64,000 bases of DNA from Candidatus Marinacidobacterales bacterium (GTDB taxonomy: Bacteria > Acidobacteriota > Vicinamibacteria > Marinacidobacterales > SMYC01): assembly GCA_965224085.1 (NCBI GenBank), contig CBDCYI010000004.1, forward strand, positions 1,440,001 through 1,504,000, read 5' to 3'. How positions within the stretch are numbered: position 1 is the stretch's first letter; the number at the start of each line of letters is the position of its first letter. The position numbers and the translations under genes are program-made. The notes below the pieces were generated by a model that was not told where the DNA came from, searched no databases, and was given only the letters and a program-made list of their open reading frames with translations. Shown piece after piece: positions 1 to 10,736 of this stretch.

Positions 1-120
1 GCTGAGATGCACCTCCTCCCCTGGTCCGGGCACCATCTCTTCACAGATCAGAGTGCTAGATGGGTTCAGGTAGTGACCAACTGGCTCATGAATGAACCCG
101 CCCGTCCGCCCGTTCGTTGA
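1..120 (+). CDS. C-terminal fragment of probable alpha/beta hydrolase (runs in from window edge)
   Basis: Frame 1 reads AEMHLLPWSGHHLFTDQSARWVQVVTNWL...*, resembling the catalytic-His GH motif and terminal helix of alpha/beta hydrolases. Confidence 0.45.
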   Translation, partial: AEMHLLPWSGHHLFTDQSARWVQVVTNWLMNEPARPPVR

Positions 121-183
121 GCTCGACGTTTCTCGTGCTCGCTCACTCTGCGTACGCTCGCTGGCGGCGCTCCTTGCTCGTGT

Positions 184-1338
184 TCAGCCAGGCAACCAGC
201 CTCTCATGAGCGTCGCGATGACGAAGCCCCAGTAGTTCCCCACCGCGTAGCCAAACAGACCCGCCGCCACTCCCGGGAGGATACAATCGGTGTAACCGCG
301 GGCGCTCGCCATCGCCAGAGCAGTTGCCGGACCACCGACGTTCGCTTGAGAAGCAACGACCAGAGTCGAAAGCTCGAATTTTAGCAAGCGCCCGACGCCG
401 AAGATCACGAGACCGTGGATCATCACGGTAAAGGCAGCGTAGTAGAAGACACCTGGACCAACCTGGAATATGTTAGCAATGACCGACTTGGCGCCGTTGC
501 TTGCCAGAAAAAGCAGCAAGATGTAGTTGCCCCACAAGGCACTTCCCGCCAACCCCCGGACCAGGGGTATCTGAGCGGCGAGCAGCGCGATGGTCGTCAA
601 CCAGAGGACTTGCGGGATTTGGGGAACCTGTGACGCGATTTCCCCCGAAATCCAGACGGCTCCTACGGCGATGGTCACCAGAGCGGCGGCATCGGCGATG
701 GGAACCGGCCTACCGCTGCTGTAGAGGGAATGCTCCAGAGTCATCTTTTCTTCGCCCGAGGATGGAGCCTCGGGCGCCCGGGCCGGCTCCGCGGTCTGCC
801 TGGGTTGTCCCAGCAACACGGGAACCATCAGACAGGCGCTAAACCAGATGGTGCTCACCACCACGTCCGCGGCAACCGCGGAAGTGAACAGGCTACTGCT
901 GGTTCCGAGCGCTTGTGCCAGCGCGGCGAAGTTCATCCCTCCGCCGGTGTAGGTGCCGGTCAACTGCCCTGCCAGCTTCCAAGTTTCCGGTCCCACCTGG
1001 CGGAACAACAGCAAGCCGCCGAGTATCGAGCCAATGGCAGCGCCCAAAGCCCCCAGCGCAAAGGCAGCCAGCATCTTGCCGCCCGCCTGAACGACGGTGC
1101 GAACGTCGACGGCCAGGAGGATCAGTACGATGGCGATGCGGACACCGGGCCCCATGAGTAGGTCGTAAGTAGGAGAGGCCCCCGGCAAGACGCCGGCGTT
1201 GGAGAGGACGAGGCAGATAACGATTCCAGTCAGCGCCGCTCCAAAGGAACGAAAGACGGTAACGTGCTCCTCCAGACGGAGCGCGACATAGACGGCCAGG
1301 GCAAGGACCACGAAAACTGCGAACGGATCTGAGATCAT
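184..1338 (-). CDS. DUF819-family multi-pass membrane protein
   Basis: 384 aa hydrophobic ORF with GTYTGGGMNF and SQANVGGPATA motifs typical of DUF819. Confidence 0.8.
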   Translation of the reverse strand: MISDPFAVFVVLALAVYVALRLEEHVTVFRSFGAALTGIVICLVLSNAGVLPGASPTYDLLMGPGVRIAIVLILLAVDVRTVVQAGGKMLAAFALGALGAAIGSILGGLLLFRQVGPETWKLAGQLTGTYTGGGMNFAALAQALGTSSSLFTSAVAADVVVSTIWFSACLMVPVLLGQPRQTAEPARAPEAPSSGEEKMTLEHSLYSSGRPVPIADAAALVTIAVGAVWISGEIASQVPQIPQVLWLTTIALLAAQIPLVRGLAGSALWGNYILLLFLASNGAKSVIANIFQVGPGVFYYAAFTVMIHGLVIFGVGRLLKFELSTLVVASQANVGGPATALAMASARGYTDCILPGVAAGLFGYAVGNYWGFVIATLMRGWLPG

Positions 1339-1340
1339 CC

Positions 1341-1387
1341 GATTACTCTAGCCGCACTTCCATCGATTACGCTAGCCGCACTTCCAT
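1341..1387. repeat. 23-bp direct repeat, 2 copies at 24-bp period
   Basis: gattac(t/g)ctagccgcacttccat at 1341-1363 and 1365-1387, one mismatch. Confidence 0.85.
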
Positions 1388-1516
1388 GAAGATGTGACAG
1401 CTAAGTGGGCGTCACGGTAAATCCTTGCCTGCACGCAAGTCCAATTGATTGTGCTTCTGAGCCTATAAGCCAGGGACTTTCCTGGGTAGGAGTGGGGCGG
1501 GATTGTAGCGGAGGGC

Positions 1517-2603
1517 TGCCTTGGTGCACAACTCGCGATCTCGGTCCACAATTGTCCTGTACTCGCGGATACGAGGTTCCCCATGAGCATTTTCAAACGC
1601 ACTCAGCGGAAGTATGTGAAGAAGGCCTATCGCGTGAGGAATTGGCGTGAATATGAGGCGGGTCTACGCAACCGCGGGAGCCTGACCGTCTGGATCTCGC
1701 TCACCGCCGGCAAGCTTGTGAACTGGGACGCGCCCCGGCCAAGGAGGAGGAAACCGGGCCGTCAACGCAAGTAGTCGAACCACGCCATCGAGACGGCTGT
1801 CACCCTGGGCATGGTGTTTCATCTGTCGTCTAGGCAGAGCGAGGGATTGCTGCGATCGTTGTTCGCTCTGATGAAGCTAGACAATGATGTGCCCGATCAC
1901 ACCACGATCTCGAGGCGCAAGGCGAAGCTGGGTAAGGTCCCCTTCTACCAAGACAAGCAGAAGACGCCGTTGCACATCTTGATCGACAGCAGCGGTCTCG
2001 CTGTCCACGCCGGCCAGCTGCGCAGAGCACCAAATAGCAGGGACTATCGCAAGCTCCATCTGTGTGTCGACGAGCAGAGTGGCGAAGTCGTCGCCGGCGA
2101 GCTGACGAGCAAAAGAGCCCGCGATTCATCGCGGGTTGCATCGCTTGTCGGACAGAGCGACAGTCCCATCTCATCGGCCAGAGCTGACACCGCATACGAC
2201 GCCAGCGGCGTCTATGAGGCAATCGAGAATCACAGCGCTCATCGCTCGCCGAGGGTGCTGATACCGCCGCGCAAGGGCGCCCTGCTCGCATCGGGGCCGG
2301 CGAGCAGCCGACAGCGCAATCGCAACATTGCAGCACAAGCTCGGCTCGGCAAACGAAAGTGGCACACAGAATCGGGCTACAGCAAACGGAGCAAAGTCGA
2401 GACAACGTTCCATCGCTACAAGGCTATCGTGGGCTCAGCGATGCGAGCGAGAGGGTTGGCGGCACAGAGAGTCGAGGCAAGGATCGGGCGCAAGATTCTC
2501 AACACCATGACGGCGCTCGGGATGCCTGATAGCGAGATGATCGGATGATGGGAGTCGGGGCCAAGCGAGCTCTCGGCCTCTATCGGAGTTGTGCACCAAG
2601 GCA
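1517..2603 (+). mobile_element. IS5-family (IS903-group) insertion sequence
   Basis: Perfect 18-bp terminal inverted repeats tgccttggtgcacaactc (1517-1534) / gagttgtgcaccaaggca (2586-2603) enclosing a DDE transposase; no target duplication visible. Confidence 0.9.
1583..2548 (+). pseudogene. IS5-family transposase interrupted by in-frame TAG at 1772-1774
   Basis: YRVRNWREYEAGLRNRGSLTVW, PDHTTISRR, IDSSGL, RKLHL, ADTAYD, YSKRSKVET motifs; TAG occupies the Y of the usual YSxxAIE motif. Confidence 0.85.
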
Positions 2604-2929
2604 TCCAATTGCTGGCCCCGACGCATCGTTTCTTTGTAGTTGCTATTGCCACCGTCGACAACGATATCGCCCGCGTCGAGACACTCCGATAGCTCCTGAA
2701 CGACGCTCTCGGTGGGAGCACCCGAGGGCACCATGATCCAGACGGCGCGCGGCGCGGAGAGCTTTGAAACGAGATCCTGAAGTGACTCGGCTGCTACCGC
2801 GCCGCCTTCTGCCGCGACCCGCACCACTCCGGGATTGCGGTCGGTGACGACAACGTCATGGCCGGCCGTAAGAAGACGCGTCGTCATGCTCGCGCCCATC
2901 TTTCCGAGTCCTACCATTCCGAGCTCCAT
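2604..2929 (-). pseudogene. gnd: 6-phosphogluconate dehydrogenase (decarboxylating), N-terminal ~108 aa, truncated by IS5
   Basis: [15 protein letters not shown] Rossmann motif, PRAVWIMVPSG, VDGGNS; homology stops at the IS inverted repeat. Confidence 0.85.
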
Positions 2930-4332
2930 TACTTGGTCTCCTTCCCCACCATGTTCTCAGGCCGCACCCATTGGTCGAATTGCTCGCCGGTGAGGTGGCC
3001 GAGCTCGAGCGCTGCTTGCCGGAGAGTTGTTCCCTCCGCGTAGGCTTTTTTAGCGATCGCCGCCGCTTTGTCGTAGCCGATATGCGGATTGAGCGCGGTC
3101 ACGAGCATGAGGGATCGCCCCAAGTTCTCCTTCAGCCTTTCGTGATTCGGCTCGATGCCGGTTACGAGCTTTTCCCGGAAGCTGTCGCAGCCATCCGCGA
3201 GTAGGCGGGCGCTCTGGAGAAAATTATAGATAATGACGGGTTTGAAAACGTTAAGCTCGAAGTTTCCCGAGGCGCCTCCGATTCCGATCGTGACGTCGTT
3301 TCCGAAGACTTGAGCACAAAGCATTGTCATCGCTTCGCACTGCGTCGGATTCACTTTGCCCGGCATGATGGAGCTTCCTGGCTCGTTTGCGGGGATCGTG
3401 ATCTCACCGATGCCACTGCGTGGTCCAGAAGCGAGCCAGCGGAGGTCGTTCGCGATCTTCATAAGCGACGCGGCGAGCGTTTTGAGCGCGCCATGCGCGA
3501 AGACAAGAGCATCTTTCGACGCGAGGGCTTCGAACTTGTTCGGCGCCGAGACGAAAGGATAACCGGTAAGCTCGGAAAGATAGGCCGCGACGCGTTTGCC
3601 GAGCTCTGGATGGGCGTTCAAGCCGGTACCGACAGCCGTACCGCCGAGTGCGAGCTCTTCCAAGTGAGGGAGCGCGTAGCTCAAGCGCCGGACACCATGG
3701 TCGAGCTGAGACGCGTATCCCGAGAACTCTTGGCCAAGGGTGAGCGGCGTCGCGTCCTGGAGATGCGTCCGTCCGATCTTGACGATGTCGTCGAACGCTG
3801 CGGCTTTTTGCGCGAGCGCGTCCCCGAGCTTCTCGACCGCGGGTAGAAGGCGAGCGCGCAGTGCTTGGACCGCGGCGACGTGCATCGCGGTCGGGATGAC
3901 GTCATTCGACGACTGACCTTTATTGACGTCGTCATTCGGATGGACGAGCCGCGCCGGGCCCCGTTCACCGCCGAGAAGCTCGCTCGCCCGATTCGCGAGG
4001 ACCTCGTTCATGTTCATATTCGACTGGGTGCCGCTCCCGGTCTGCCAGACGACCAAAGGGAACTCGTCCGAATGCTTTCCCGCGAGCACTTCGTCCGCGG
4101 CCTCGATCAGCGCTTCCGCCTTATCAGCGTCCAAGAGGTCGAGCTCCTGGTTGACGGCGGCAGCCGACTTTTTGACGAGCGCGAGCGCCCGAATGAGCTC
4201 GTCCGGCATCCGCTCGCTGCCGATGCAGAAATTCCGGCGGGAGCGCTCCGTTTGGGCGCCCCATAGGCGGTCTGTCGCCACTTCGATGGGCCCGAGCGAA
4301 TCGGACTCGACGCGCGTCGTTTTCTCCGTCAT
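2929..4332 (-). CDS. fumC: class II fumarate hydratase
   Basis: 467 aa; [33 protein letters not shown] signature. Confidence 0.97.
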   Translation of the reverse strand: MTEKTTRVESDSLGPIEVATDRLWGAQTERSRRNFCIGSERMPDELIRALALVKKSAAAVNQELDLLDADKAEALIEAADEVLAGKHSDEFPLVVWQTGSGTQSNMNMNEVLANRASELLGGERGPARLVHPNDDVNKGQSSNDVIPTAMHVAAVQALRARLLPAVEKLGDALAQKAAAFDDIVKIGRTHLQDATPLTLGQEFSGYASQLDHGVRRLSYALPHLEELALGGTAVGTGLNAHPELGKRVAAYLSELTGYPFVSAPNKFEALASKDALVFAHGALKTLAASLMKIANDLRWLASGPRSGIGEITIPANEPGSSIMPGKVNPTQCEAMTMLCAQVFGNDVTIGIGGASGNFELNVFKPVIIYNFLQSARLLADGCDSFREKLVTGIEPNHERLKENLGRSLMLVTALNPHIGYDKAAAIAKKAYAEGTTLRQAALELGHLTGEQFDQWVRPENMVGKETK

Positions 4333-4436
4333 ATCGCCTCCTTCCTCAAAGCCTACACCGGAGAGGTTCCTCTTGCATAAATGGGAGGAAAGCGCCAGAA
4401 TTCGCGATTCGGATCAAGCCAAAGGAGGAAAACTGA

Positions 4437-5057
4437 ATGACAGACTCGACCAACGGGGGCGGGCTCCAACTCGGCGCCAGCGTTCCCGATTTCGAGCTCG
4501 CAACTTACGACCCCACTAAGAACGATTTCGGGACGATGAGCCTCGATCAAAACAAGAAAGACGGGAAGTGGACCATCTTGTTCTTCTATCCCGCCGATTT
4601 CACTTTCGTCTGAGCGACCGAATTCGCTGCTCTGGCAGAGCAGCAAGATCGCTTCAAAAAGTTGGGCGCCGAGCTCATTACCGTCAGCACGGATACTCAG
4701 TTTGTACATCTCGCGTGGAAGCGGCATGAAAAAAGCCTCGAGAATGTCGAGTTCTTGATGGGCGCGGATCCAACCGGAGAAGTCTCGCGTCTTTTCGGGG
4801 TCTACGTCGATGGTGCGGGCCTGGCACTGCGAGGCACGTTCATCATCAACCCCGAGGGCACGCTCTTGAGCTCGGAGGTCAGCTTCTTCAACGTGGGCCG
4901 CAACATTGACGAGGTCATGCGGAAGTTCAAAGCGAACCTTTACGTTGCTCGAAAATCGGCCGAGGCGTGCCCGGCGCAGTGGAAGGACGAGGGCGACAAG
5001 ACGCTCACACCTGGGCCGAACCTGGTCGGCAAGGTCCACGAAGCGCTTACCAAATAG
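4437..5057 (+). CDS. prxU: selenocysteine-containing peroxiredoxin (AhpC/PrxU type), 206 aa, UGA=Sec at 4611-4613
   Basis: RBS aggagg then ATG 4437; reads ...FFYPADFTFV-TGA-ATEF... with UGA at the peroxidatic Cys position; same frame continues through ACPAQW to TAG 5057. Confidence 0.9.
4613..4653 (+). promoter_or_regulatory. bacterial SECIS hairpin
   Basis: Upper stem gctgctct(4626-4633)/agagcagc(4637-4644) with G-containing loop about 20 nt after UGA; lower stem agcga/tcgct. Confidence 0.75.
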
Positions 5058-5114
5058 GCGAAAGTGCTCTACGGGGGAGGCTCGCCGCGCGGCGGGCCTC
5101 ACTCTCACCTTTCC

Positions 5115-6014
5115 CTAAGCGCCTAGAGCGCGGAGATCGAGCTTGTCGTCCTCGATGCCCGGGCACCAGTAATAGCCGCCGGAAACGGGTTTGGAGAAGC
5201 GAAACAAGCCGTCCACGATGCCGTCTTCGCGCCCGGCCATCCGGGTGAGCTGGGCCTCGAAGGCGTCGAGCGTGCGGCCGAAGGCGACGAACATCAAACC
5301 TTCGCCGTCGCGATCGGACCACGGCATGGACTGGCGGAGGACAAAGGCAGCGGGCTCGAAGCTCTCTTGCTCGGTCCGGTTGACGTGGGCGGAATCGGGC
5401 GCATCCTCGAGCTCCTCGTTGTCGTCAAGGCGCCGTCCGATGACGTCGTCCCGCTCGGCGTCCGTCATCGACTGAAGGCTCACAAGATCGTGCTGCCACT
5501 TTTGGACGGCCACGAAGCTCGACCCGTCCAGCCCCGCGCCCAGACCCGAAACGATGGCGGCTGCGACGGCGTCCTCGCCCATCGGGTTCTCCGTGCCGTC
5601 CTCGTAGCCCGAAAGATCCCGGCCGCGCCCCTCCGGCGTGGGATCGTGCTTAAAACTATCGACGATTTGCGCCATCTCGAGCACGGGATCGAAGAACTGC
5701 TCGAGCTCGAGACAACGGTGGATCAGCTCGCCGCGGTCGGCATCGCTGCGCAGCCAAATCCACAGCGCTGTTTGGGTCGAGGGTATCTCGACTCCAGGGC
5801 CCGTCAAGCTCGGAAACGTTCTGAGGCCTTCGACGATGCTCTTGGATGCGAGCACCAGCGAATTGCCGATCCCTATGACAATGTCGTCATCGAGCTCGAG
5901 CTCCGCGAGCGCGTCGAGCGCGTCGTGTGGGTCTTCGTCCGAAACGAGGTTGAGGAAGAGATAGCGTCCCAGCCGAGGGCCAGACGCGAGGATGCCGGTT
6001 TGTGGCTCACTCAT
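5115..6014 (-). CDS. Dyp-type peroxidase
   Basis: GYEDGTENP (GxxDG), GSSFVAVQKWQH, IGRR, SAHV, LRQSMPW, GLMFVAF; start MSEPQ at 6014. Confidence 0.92.
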   Translation of the reverse strand: MSEPQTGILASGPRLGRYLFLNLVSDEDPHDALDALAELELDDDIVIGIGNSLVLASKSIVEGLRTFPSLTGPGVEIPSTQTALWIWLRSDADRGELIHRCLELEQFFDPVLEMAQIVDSFKHDPTPEGRGRDLSGYEDGTENPMGEDAVAAAIVSGLGAGLDGSSFVAVQKWQHDLVSLQSMTDAERDDVIGRRLDDNEELEDAPDSAHVNRTEQESFEPAAFVLRQSMPWSDRDGEGLMFVAFGRTLDAFEAQLTRMAGREDGIVDGLFRFSKPVSGGYYWCPGIEDDKLDLRALGA

Positions 6015-6028
6015 GGTTCCGGTCCCTC

Positions 6029-6328
6029 TCAGTCGCCGAAGTACAGATCCGCCGCGCGGGCGAAATCGAAGTCCAGATTGGAGATGCCGTCGACGTCGTG
6101 CGTCGATAGCGAGATGCTGACTGAGTTGTAAATGTTCGTCCACTCTGGGTGATGGTTGATTCGCTCGGCGACGAGCGCGAGCTGTGTGATGAACGCGAAA
6201 GCGTCGATGAAATTCTCGAACCGGAACTTCCGGTGGAGCTTGCCATCGACCAGCTTCCAATGTTCGAGCTTTGTGAGCGCGTTCTCGAGATCTTCGTCCG
6301 ATAGTTTTTCTCTCTTATGTTTTGTCAT
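6029..6328 (-). CDS. phhB: pterin-4-alpha-carbinolamine dehydratase
   Basis: AERINHHPEW...LSTHDVDGISNLD signature; start MTKH at 6328. Confidence 0.9.
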   Translation of the reverse strand: MTKHKREKLSDEDLENALTKLEHWKLVDGKLHRKFRFENFIDAFAFITQLALVAERINHHPEWTNIYNSVSISLSTHDVDGISNLDFDFARAADLYFGD

Positions 6329-6487
6329 GAGTCTAGAAGGCGGGGATGAGTCCCGCTCTGATATCTCCCGTATAGACCAGGCCGTGACGATCGAGAGCAA
6401 TGCTAGAATGATCCGGATTGCATCACTCCTTTTCGACGGCGTAAGGATATCACCCTGGACGCGCTCACTCGACGCATTGACCGCGTC

Positions 6488-7315
6488 ATGCTTCTGTATC
6501 TGGCGCTCACGGGCCTCGCGCTGATCCCGAGCTTCCCGGTGCTCGTCGCTCTCCATTTGGCGGCCGGAATCACGATCCATTCACTGCGCTACTTGCCGGC
6601 GCGCCCTCGGGGGATCCCGCGATTCTTGCGAGACTGGTACCCGGCCATCGCGTTTCCGATCCTGTACAAAGAGGTAGAGCTGCTCGCTTCTGCTGTCGGC
6701 AACTGGGGGCTCACCGGGCCGGTCCAGAACCTGGAGGCCACGCTCTTCGGGGGCCAACCGAGCCTGTATTTGAGCGAGCGTCTGAGCTGGGTTTGGTTGT
6801 CGGAATATGCTCATTTTTGCTACTTCGCCTACGTGCTATTGTTCCCGGTGATTGGCGGCATTTGGTACTTCACTGGCAAGTGCCACGCTTTTCGAGAGCT
6901 TCTCTTCCTCATCTCCGTCACCTTCGCGACGAGCTATTTGTTTTACATCCTCTTTCCCGTGGACAGCCCTTATTACTTGTTGCCAAAGCTCGGCGAACCG
7001 CTGTCGGGCCGCTTTTTCTACGAGCTCGTGCACTTCGTCTCCTCCCGAGGGGGCGCGCGGGGCGGCGCTTTTCCGAGCTCGCATGTCTCCATCTCGACCG
7101 TGATCCTGCTCGTCACGTGGAAGTACCAGCCCCGCTGGCTGTATGGGTTTGTCCCGATCTATGCAGGGCTCGTCTTCGCCACCGTGTATGGCCGCTTCCA
7201 CTATCTACTTGACGTCTTTGCCGGCTGGGCGCTTGCGCTCGTGGTCGTCGGGTCGTTCAACTTCTTCAAGAAGAAGGAGCACTCCCCGTCGATTCGATCG
7301 GTTGTCCATAATTGA
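6488..7315 (+). CDS. PAP2-family (IPC-synthase-like) membrane phosphatase/phosphotransferase; 5' end possibly damaged
   Basis: AFPSSHV and ATVYGRFHYLLD motifs, multiple TM segments. Confidence 0.8.
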   Translation: MLLYLALTGLALIPSFPVLVALHLAAGITIHSLRYLPARPRGIPRFLRDWYPAIAFPILYKEVELLASAVGNWGLTGPVQNLEATLFGGQPSLYLSERLSWVWLSEYAHFCYFAYVLLFPVIGGIWYFTGKCHAFRELLFLISVTFATSYLFYILFPVDSPYYLLPKLGEPLSGRFFYELVHFVSSRGGARGGAFPSSHVSISTVILLVTWKYQPRWLYGFVPIYAGLVFATVYGRFHYLLDVFAGWALALVVVGSFNFFKKKEHSPSIRSVVHN

Positions 7316-7457
7316 AGGAACTCCTTCAAAATCAGGATCTCCAAAAATGGGTGACGAGACCACGATCCTGCCGGTGTTCCTTGCCGGCGTCGTCTTTCGA
7401 GCGCTCTCGAGTCCCGCAATCCCGGAGGGTACAATACAGAACGAACGGAGGACGGCC

Positions 7458-8807
7458 ATGTGGAATCGGGCAGTTTGGGCGCTAGCGGTATTGGGACTCT
7501 CGGGGCGCGCCGTTGCGGAGGATTGGCCGAATTGGCGCGGTCCCGACGGCAACGGCGTGAGCCCCGAGCGAGGCTTGCCGCTTGCCTGGAGTGAAAACGA
7601 GAACATCGCTTGGAAGGCTCGGCTCGGTGGGATGGGCCTCTCCTCTCCGATCATCTCCGGCGATACGATCCTGGTGACCTCGCAGGCGGGACGCGGAGTC
7701 GTCCGTGGCGGCAACCACCCGACCCTGGGAGGCGGCGGCGACGCGCCCGTGGAGCGTTCGATTGGCGGGGCAGCCGGCGATGAAGTGTTTTTTCTCGTCG
7801 AAGCCTATCAGCGCTCCGATGGAAAAAGACGGTGGCAGCATCGCCTTCCTGCGACCGCGGAGCTCCCTTCCGTGCATCGCAAGACCAACCTCGCCAACCC
7901 GAGCCCGGTCACGGATTCTGAGCACGTCTATGCGTGGTTCGGCACTGGCCAAATCGTGGCCCTCGATATGGAAGGGAAGCTCGTCTGGGAAAGGCACCTC
8001 GGTGAGGACTATGGCCCTTTCGAGATCACTTGGGGCCATTCGAGCTCGCCGACGATTTATGGTGATTCGCTCATTCTACTGTGCGACCACGTACCGGCGT
8101 CCTACCTCCTCGCGCTCGACAAACGTACGGGAAAGGAGCTTTGGAAAGCGAACCGAGGTGAAGGGCTCCGCTCCTACAGCACGCCTACGGTCGTTCCCGG
8201 GCCGGAAGGCGACGAGCTGGTGGTCAACTCGAGCGAGCGGATCGAAGGCTACGATCCGAAGACGGGCGAGCGCCTCTGGTATTACGTCGAGCCGAACCGT
8301 TTTCCGATTACGGTCCCGTCTTTCTCCTATTCCGACGGTATTATCTATACGAGCCGCGGCTATCGAAGCGGTCCGTATATGGCGATCCGGCCCGGGGGAC
8401 GCGGCGACATCGCGGGCACCGAGCATCTTGTTTGGCATGTCCCGACCGGTGCGCCTTATGTCTCCTCGGTCGTGCACTACGGTGGCGTGGTCTACTTCGC
8501 GAGCGACGCAGGTGTTCTTCAAGCCGCCGATGCCAAGACCGGCAAGCGGTTGTTTCAAGGACGTACTGGCGGTGTTTTCTCGGCAGCCCCTATCGCGGGC
8601 GACGGCAAAGTCTACTTCGTGAGCGAGACAGGCGAGACCATCGTGCTGCGGGCGTCGCGCGACTTCGAGATTCTCGCGCGTAACAAGTTGGATGCGCGCT
8701 TCCTCGCGTCTCCGGTCGTGTCGAAGAGACAGATCTTTCTTCGGAGCGACGACGAGCTGATTTGTGTGGGTACGCCGTCCGATGCGGAGACGTCCGGCGC
8801 CCGATGA
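7458..8807 (+). CDS. secreted PQQ-like beta-propeller repeat protein
   Basis: Signal peptide then DWPNWRGPDGNG, repeated SSP/ALDKxTGKELW units; RBS ggagg before ATG 7458. Confidence 0.85.
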   Translation: MWNRAVWALAVLGLSGRAVAEDWPNWRGPDGNGVSPERGLPLAWSENENIAWKARLGGMGLSSPIISGDTILVTSQAGRGVVRGGNHPTLGGGGDAPVERSIGGAAGDEVFFLVEAYQRSDGKRRWQHRLPATAELPSVHRKTNLANPSPVTDSEHVYAWFGTGQIVALDMEGKLVWERHLGEDYGPFEITWGHSSSPTIYGDSLILLCDHVPASYLLALDKRTGKELWKANRGEGLRSYSTPTVVPGPEGDELVVNSSERIEGYDPKTGERLWYYVEPNRFPITVPSFSYSDGIIYTSRGYRSGPYMAIRPGGRGDIAGTEHLVWHVPTGAPYVSSVVHYGGVVYFASDAGVLQAADAKTGKRLFQGRTGGVFSAAPIAGDGKVYFVSETGETIVLRASRDFEILARNKLDARFLASPVVSKRQIFLRSDDELICVGTPSDAETSGAR

Positions 8808-8821
8808 CTGAGCTGCCGACG

Positions 8822-10736
8822 TCAGTTGCTCGAAGCCACCCATCCCGTTTGGAACAAGTAGCGCGTGATGAGATTGTAAATGTGGAGCGTCGTGCCTTCG
8901 CCCTCGCGAATGGCGTGCGATCGGTTGGGGTAGACCATCAGGTCGAACGGCTTTCCGAGCTCGACAAGTCGGTTCACGAGACGTTCCGTTCCTTGATAGT
9001 GCACGTTGTCGTCACCGGTGCCATGGATGAGGAGGAGCTTTCCCTCGAGGCCTTCCGCGAAGTTGATCGGTGAACCGACGCGGTAGCCTTCCGTGTTCTC
9101 TTGCGGCAAGCCCATATAGCGTTCCTGATAGATCGTATCGTAAAGTGTTTGATCGGGCACCGGGGCGACCGAGACACCCACACAGAAAATATCGGGGAAG
9201 CGGAACATGGCGTTCAACGTGTTCGACCCTCCACCGCTCCATCCCCAGATGGCGACACGGTCCGCGTCGATATAGGAACGTTCTTTCACGAGCGCTGTGA
9301 CTGCGGCGGCCTGGTCTTTCGACGACAGATCTCCGACGGTCCCATACACGATTTTGCGCCACGCCGAGCCTTTGGGAGCTGGCGTCCCGCGGTTGTCGAA
9401 GCTCGCCACGATGAAGCCGGCATTGGCGAGCGCGCGATGGAACAACGAACGCGCGCCGAACCATCGGTTGAGGACGGTTTGCCCAGCCGGCTCGCCATAG
9501 ACATAGACGAGGAGCGGGTATTTCTTCGTGGCGTCGAAATTGGCGGGCTTCAGCATCCAAGAATCGAGAGCTACGCCTGGCGCGATCTCGAGCTCGAACA
9601 TAGAAACCGGTGGGTCGAGAACACCGTCGAGCGCCTTTTCTAAAGCCGCATTGTCTTCGAGGGTTCTCATGACAGTGTGATCGGGAAGCCGGACGCGATC
9701 GATCCGCGGCGGCTCGTCGAAGCTCGAGAAAGTATGAAACGCCCATCGGCCGTTCGGCGACAAATCGTACGCGTGGGTTCCAGTCGCATTTCGCGGTGTC
9801 AGCCGATCCGGGGGAGCGTCGCCATCGAGGCTCGAGCGAAATAAGTAGCGCTCGGTTGCGCTCTCGGGCGACGCGATGAAGTAGAACCACTCTCCGGCTG
9901 AGTCGAGTCTCAGCGGTTGGATCACGTCGTCCTCGAAACGGGTCAGGAGCCGCTCGTGGCCGCCGTCCCGGGCTACAGCATAGGCATGACGGTAACCGCC
10001 TTTTTCACTTAGCCATACGAGCTCTTCGCCGTCCGCGGTGAAGTCCATGCGCCGGACGACTTCGACCCAAGCGTCGTTGCGATCTTGGTGGATAGGGACG
10101 ACGTCGCCGGTCGTCGCGTCCGAAAGCAGTACGTCGTTCGTGTTCTGAAGGCGGTTCAAATGCTGAAGGACGAGATGATTGTCATCGGCCCACTCCATGC
10201 GAGCCACGTAAGTGTTGCGCGGATCGCCGGGTACTTTCATCCACGCCATCTCTCCGCCCAAAGTACTCACGACCCCAATCCTCACCGCAGAGTTCGTCGT
10301 CCCCGCTTTCGGATAGGGAATGCGCAGCAAGCTCGGGTAGAGCTCGTCAGTGTTATTAATGATAGTGAACTCGCCGATACCTTCGGCGTCAAAGTTCCAA
10401 AAGGCGATGTGCTTGCCGTCGGGGCTCCACCGAAAGCCGTCGCGAAGCCCGAACTCCTCTTCGTAAACCCAGTCGGAAGTGCCAAAAATCGTTGTCGGCG
10501 AGCCGCTTTCGGTCAGCGGTGTGACAGAGCCGGTCGTCAAAGTCTCGACGTACAAGTTGTTGGCCACGACATAGGCGACGCGCGTTCCGTCGGGCGAGAA
10601 CTTGGCGAACATGAGCGATGAGGTCGGAGCGACCCCGCCGAGCTTTCGGAGAACGCCGCTCGCGACGTCCAGGACCCAATAATCGCCGCGCGTGTTCCGC
10701 CGCCAAACACGAACGGTGTTCGTAAACACGAGCAGC
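8822..10736 (-). pseudogene. dipeptidyl-peptidase IV (S9B), N-terminus missing, fused in frame to IS200 TnpA
   Basis: DWVYEEE, YPKAG, GWSGGG (Ser), DDNVH (Asp), RSHAI (His); no signal peptide or first blades. Confidence 0.85.

Noticed and set aside
5115-5160. Encapsulin cargo peptide on the Dyp peroxidase
   Set aside because: C-terminus KLDLRALGA is not the LxIGSL-type motif and no encapsulin gene is adjacent
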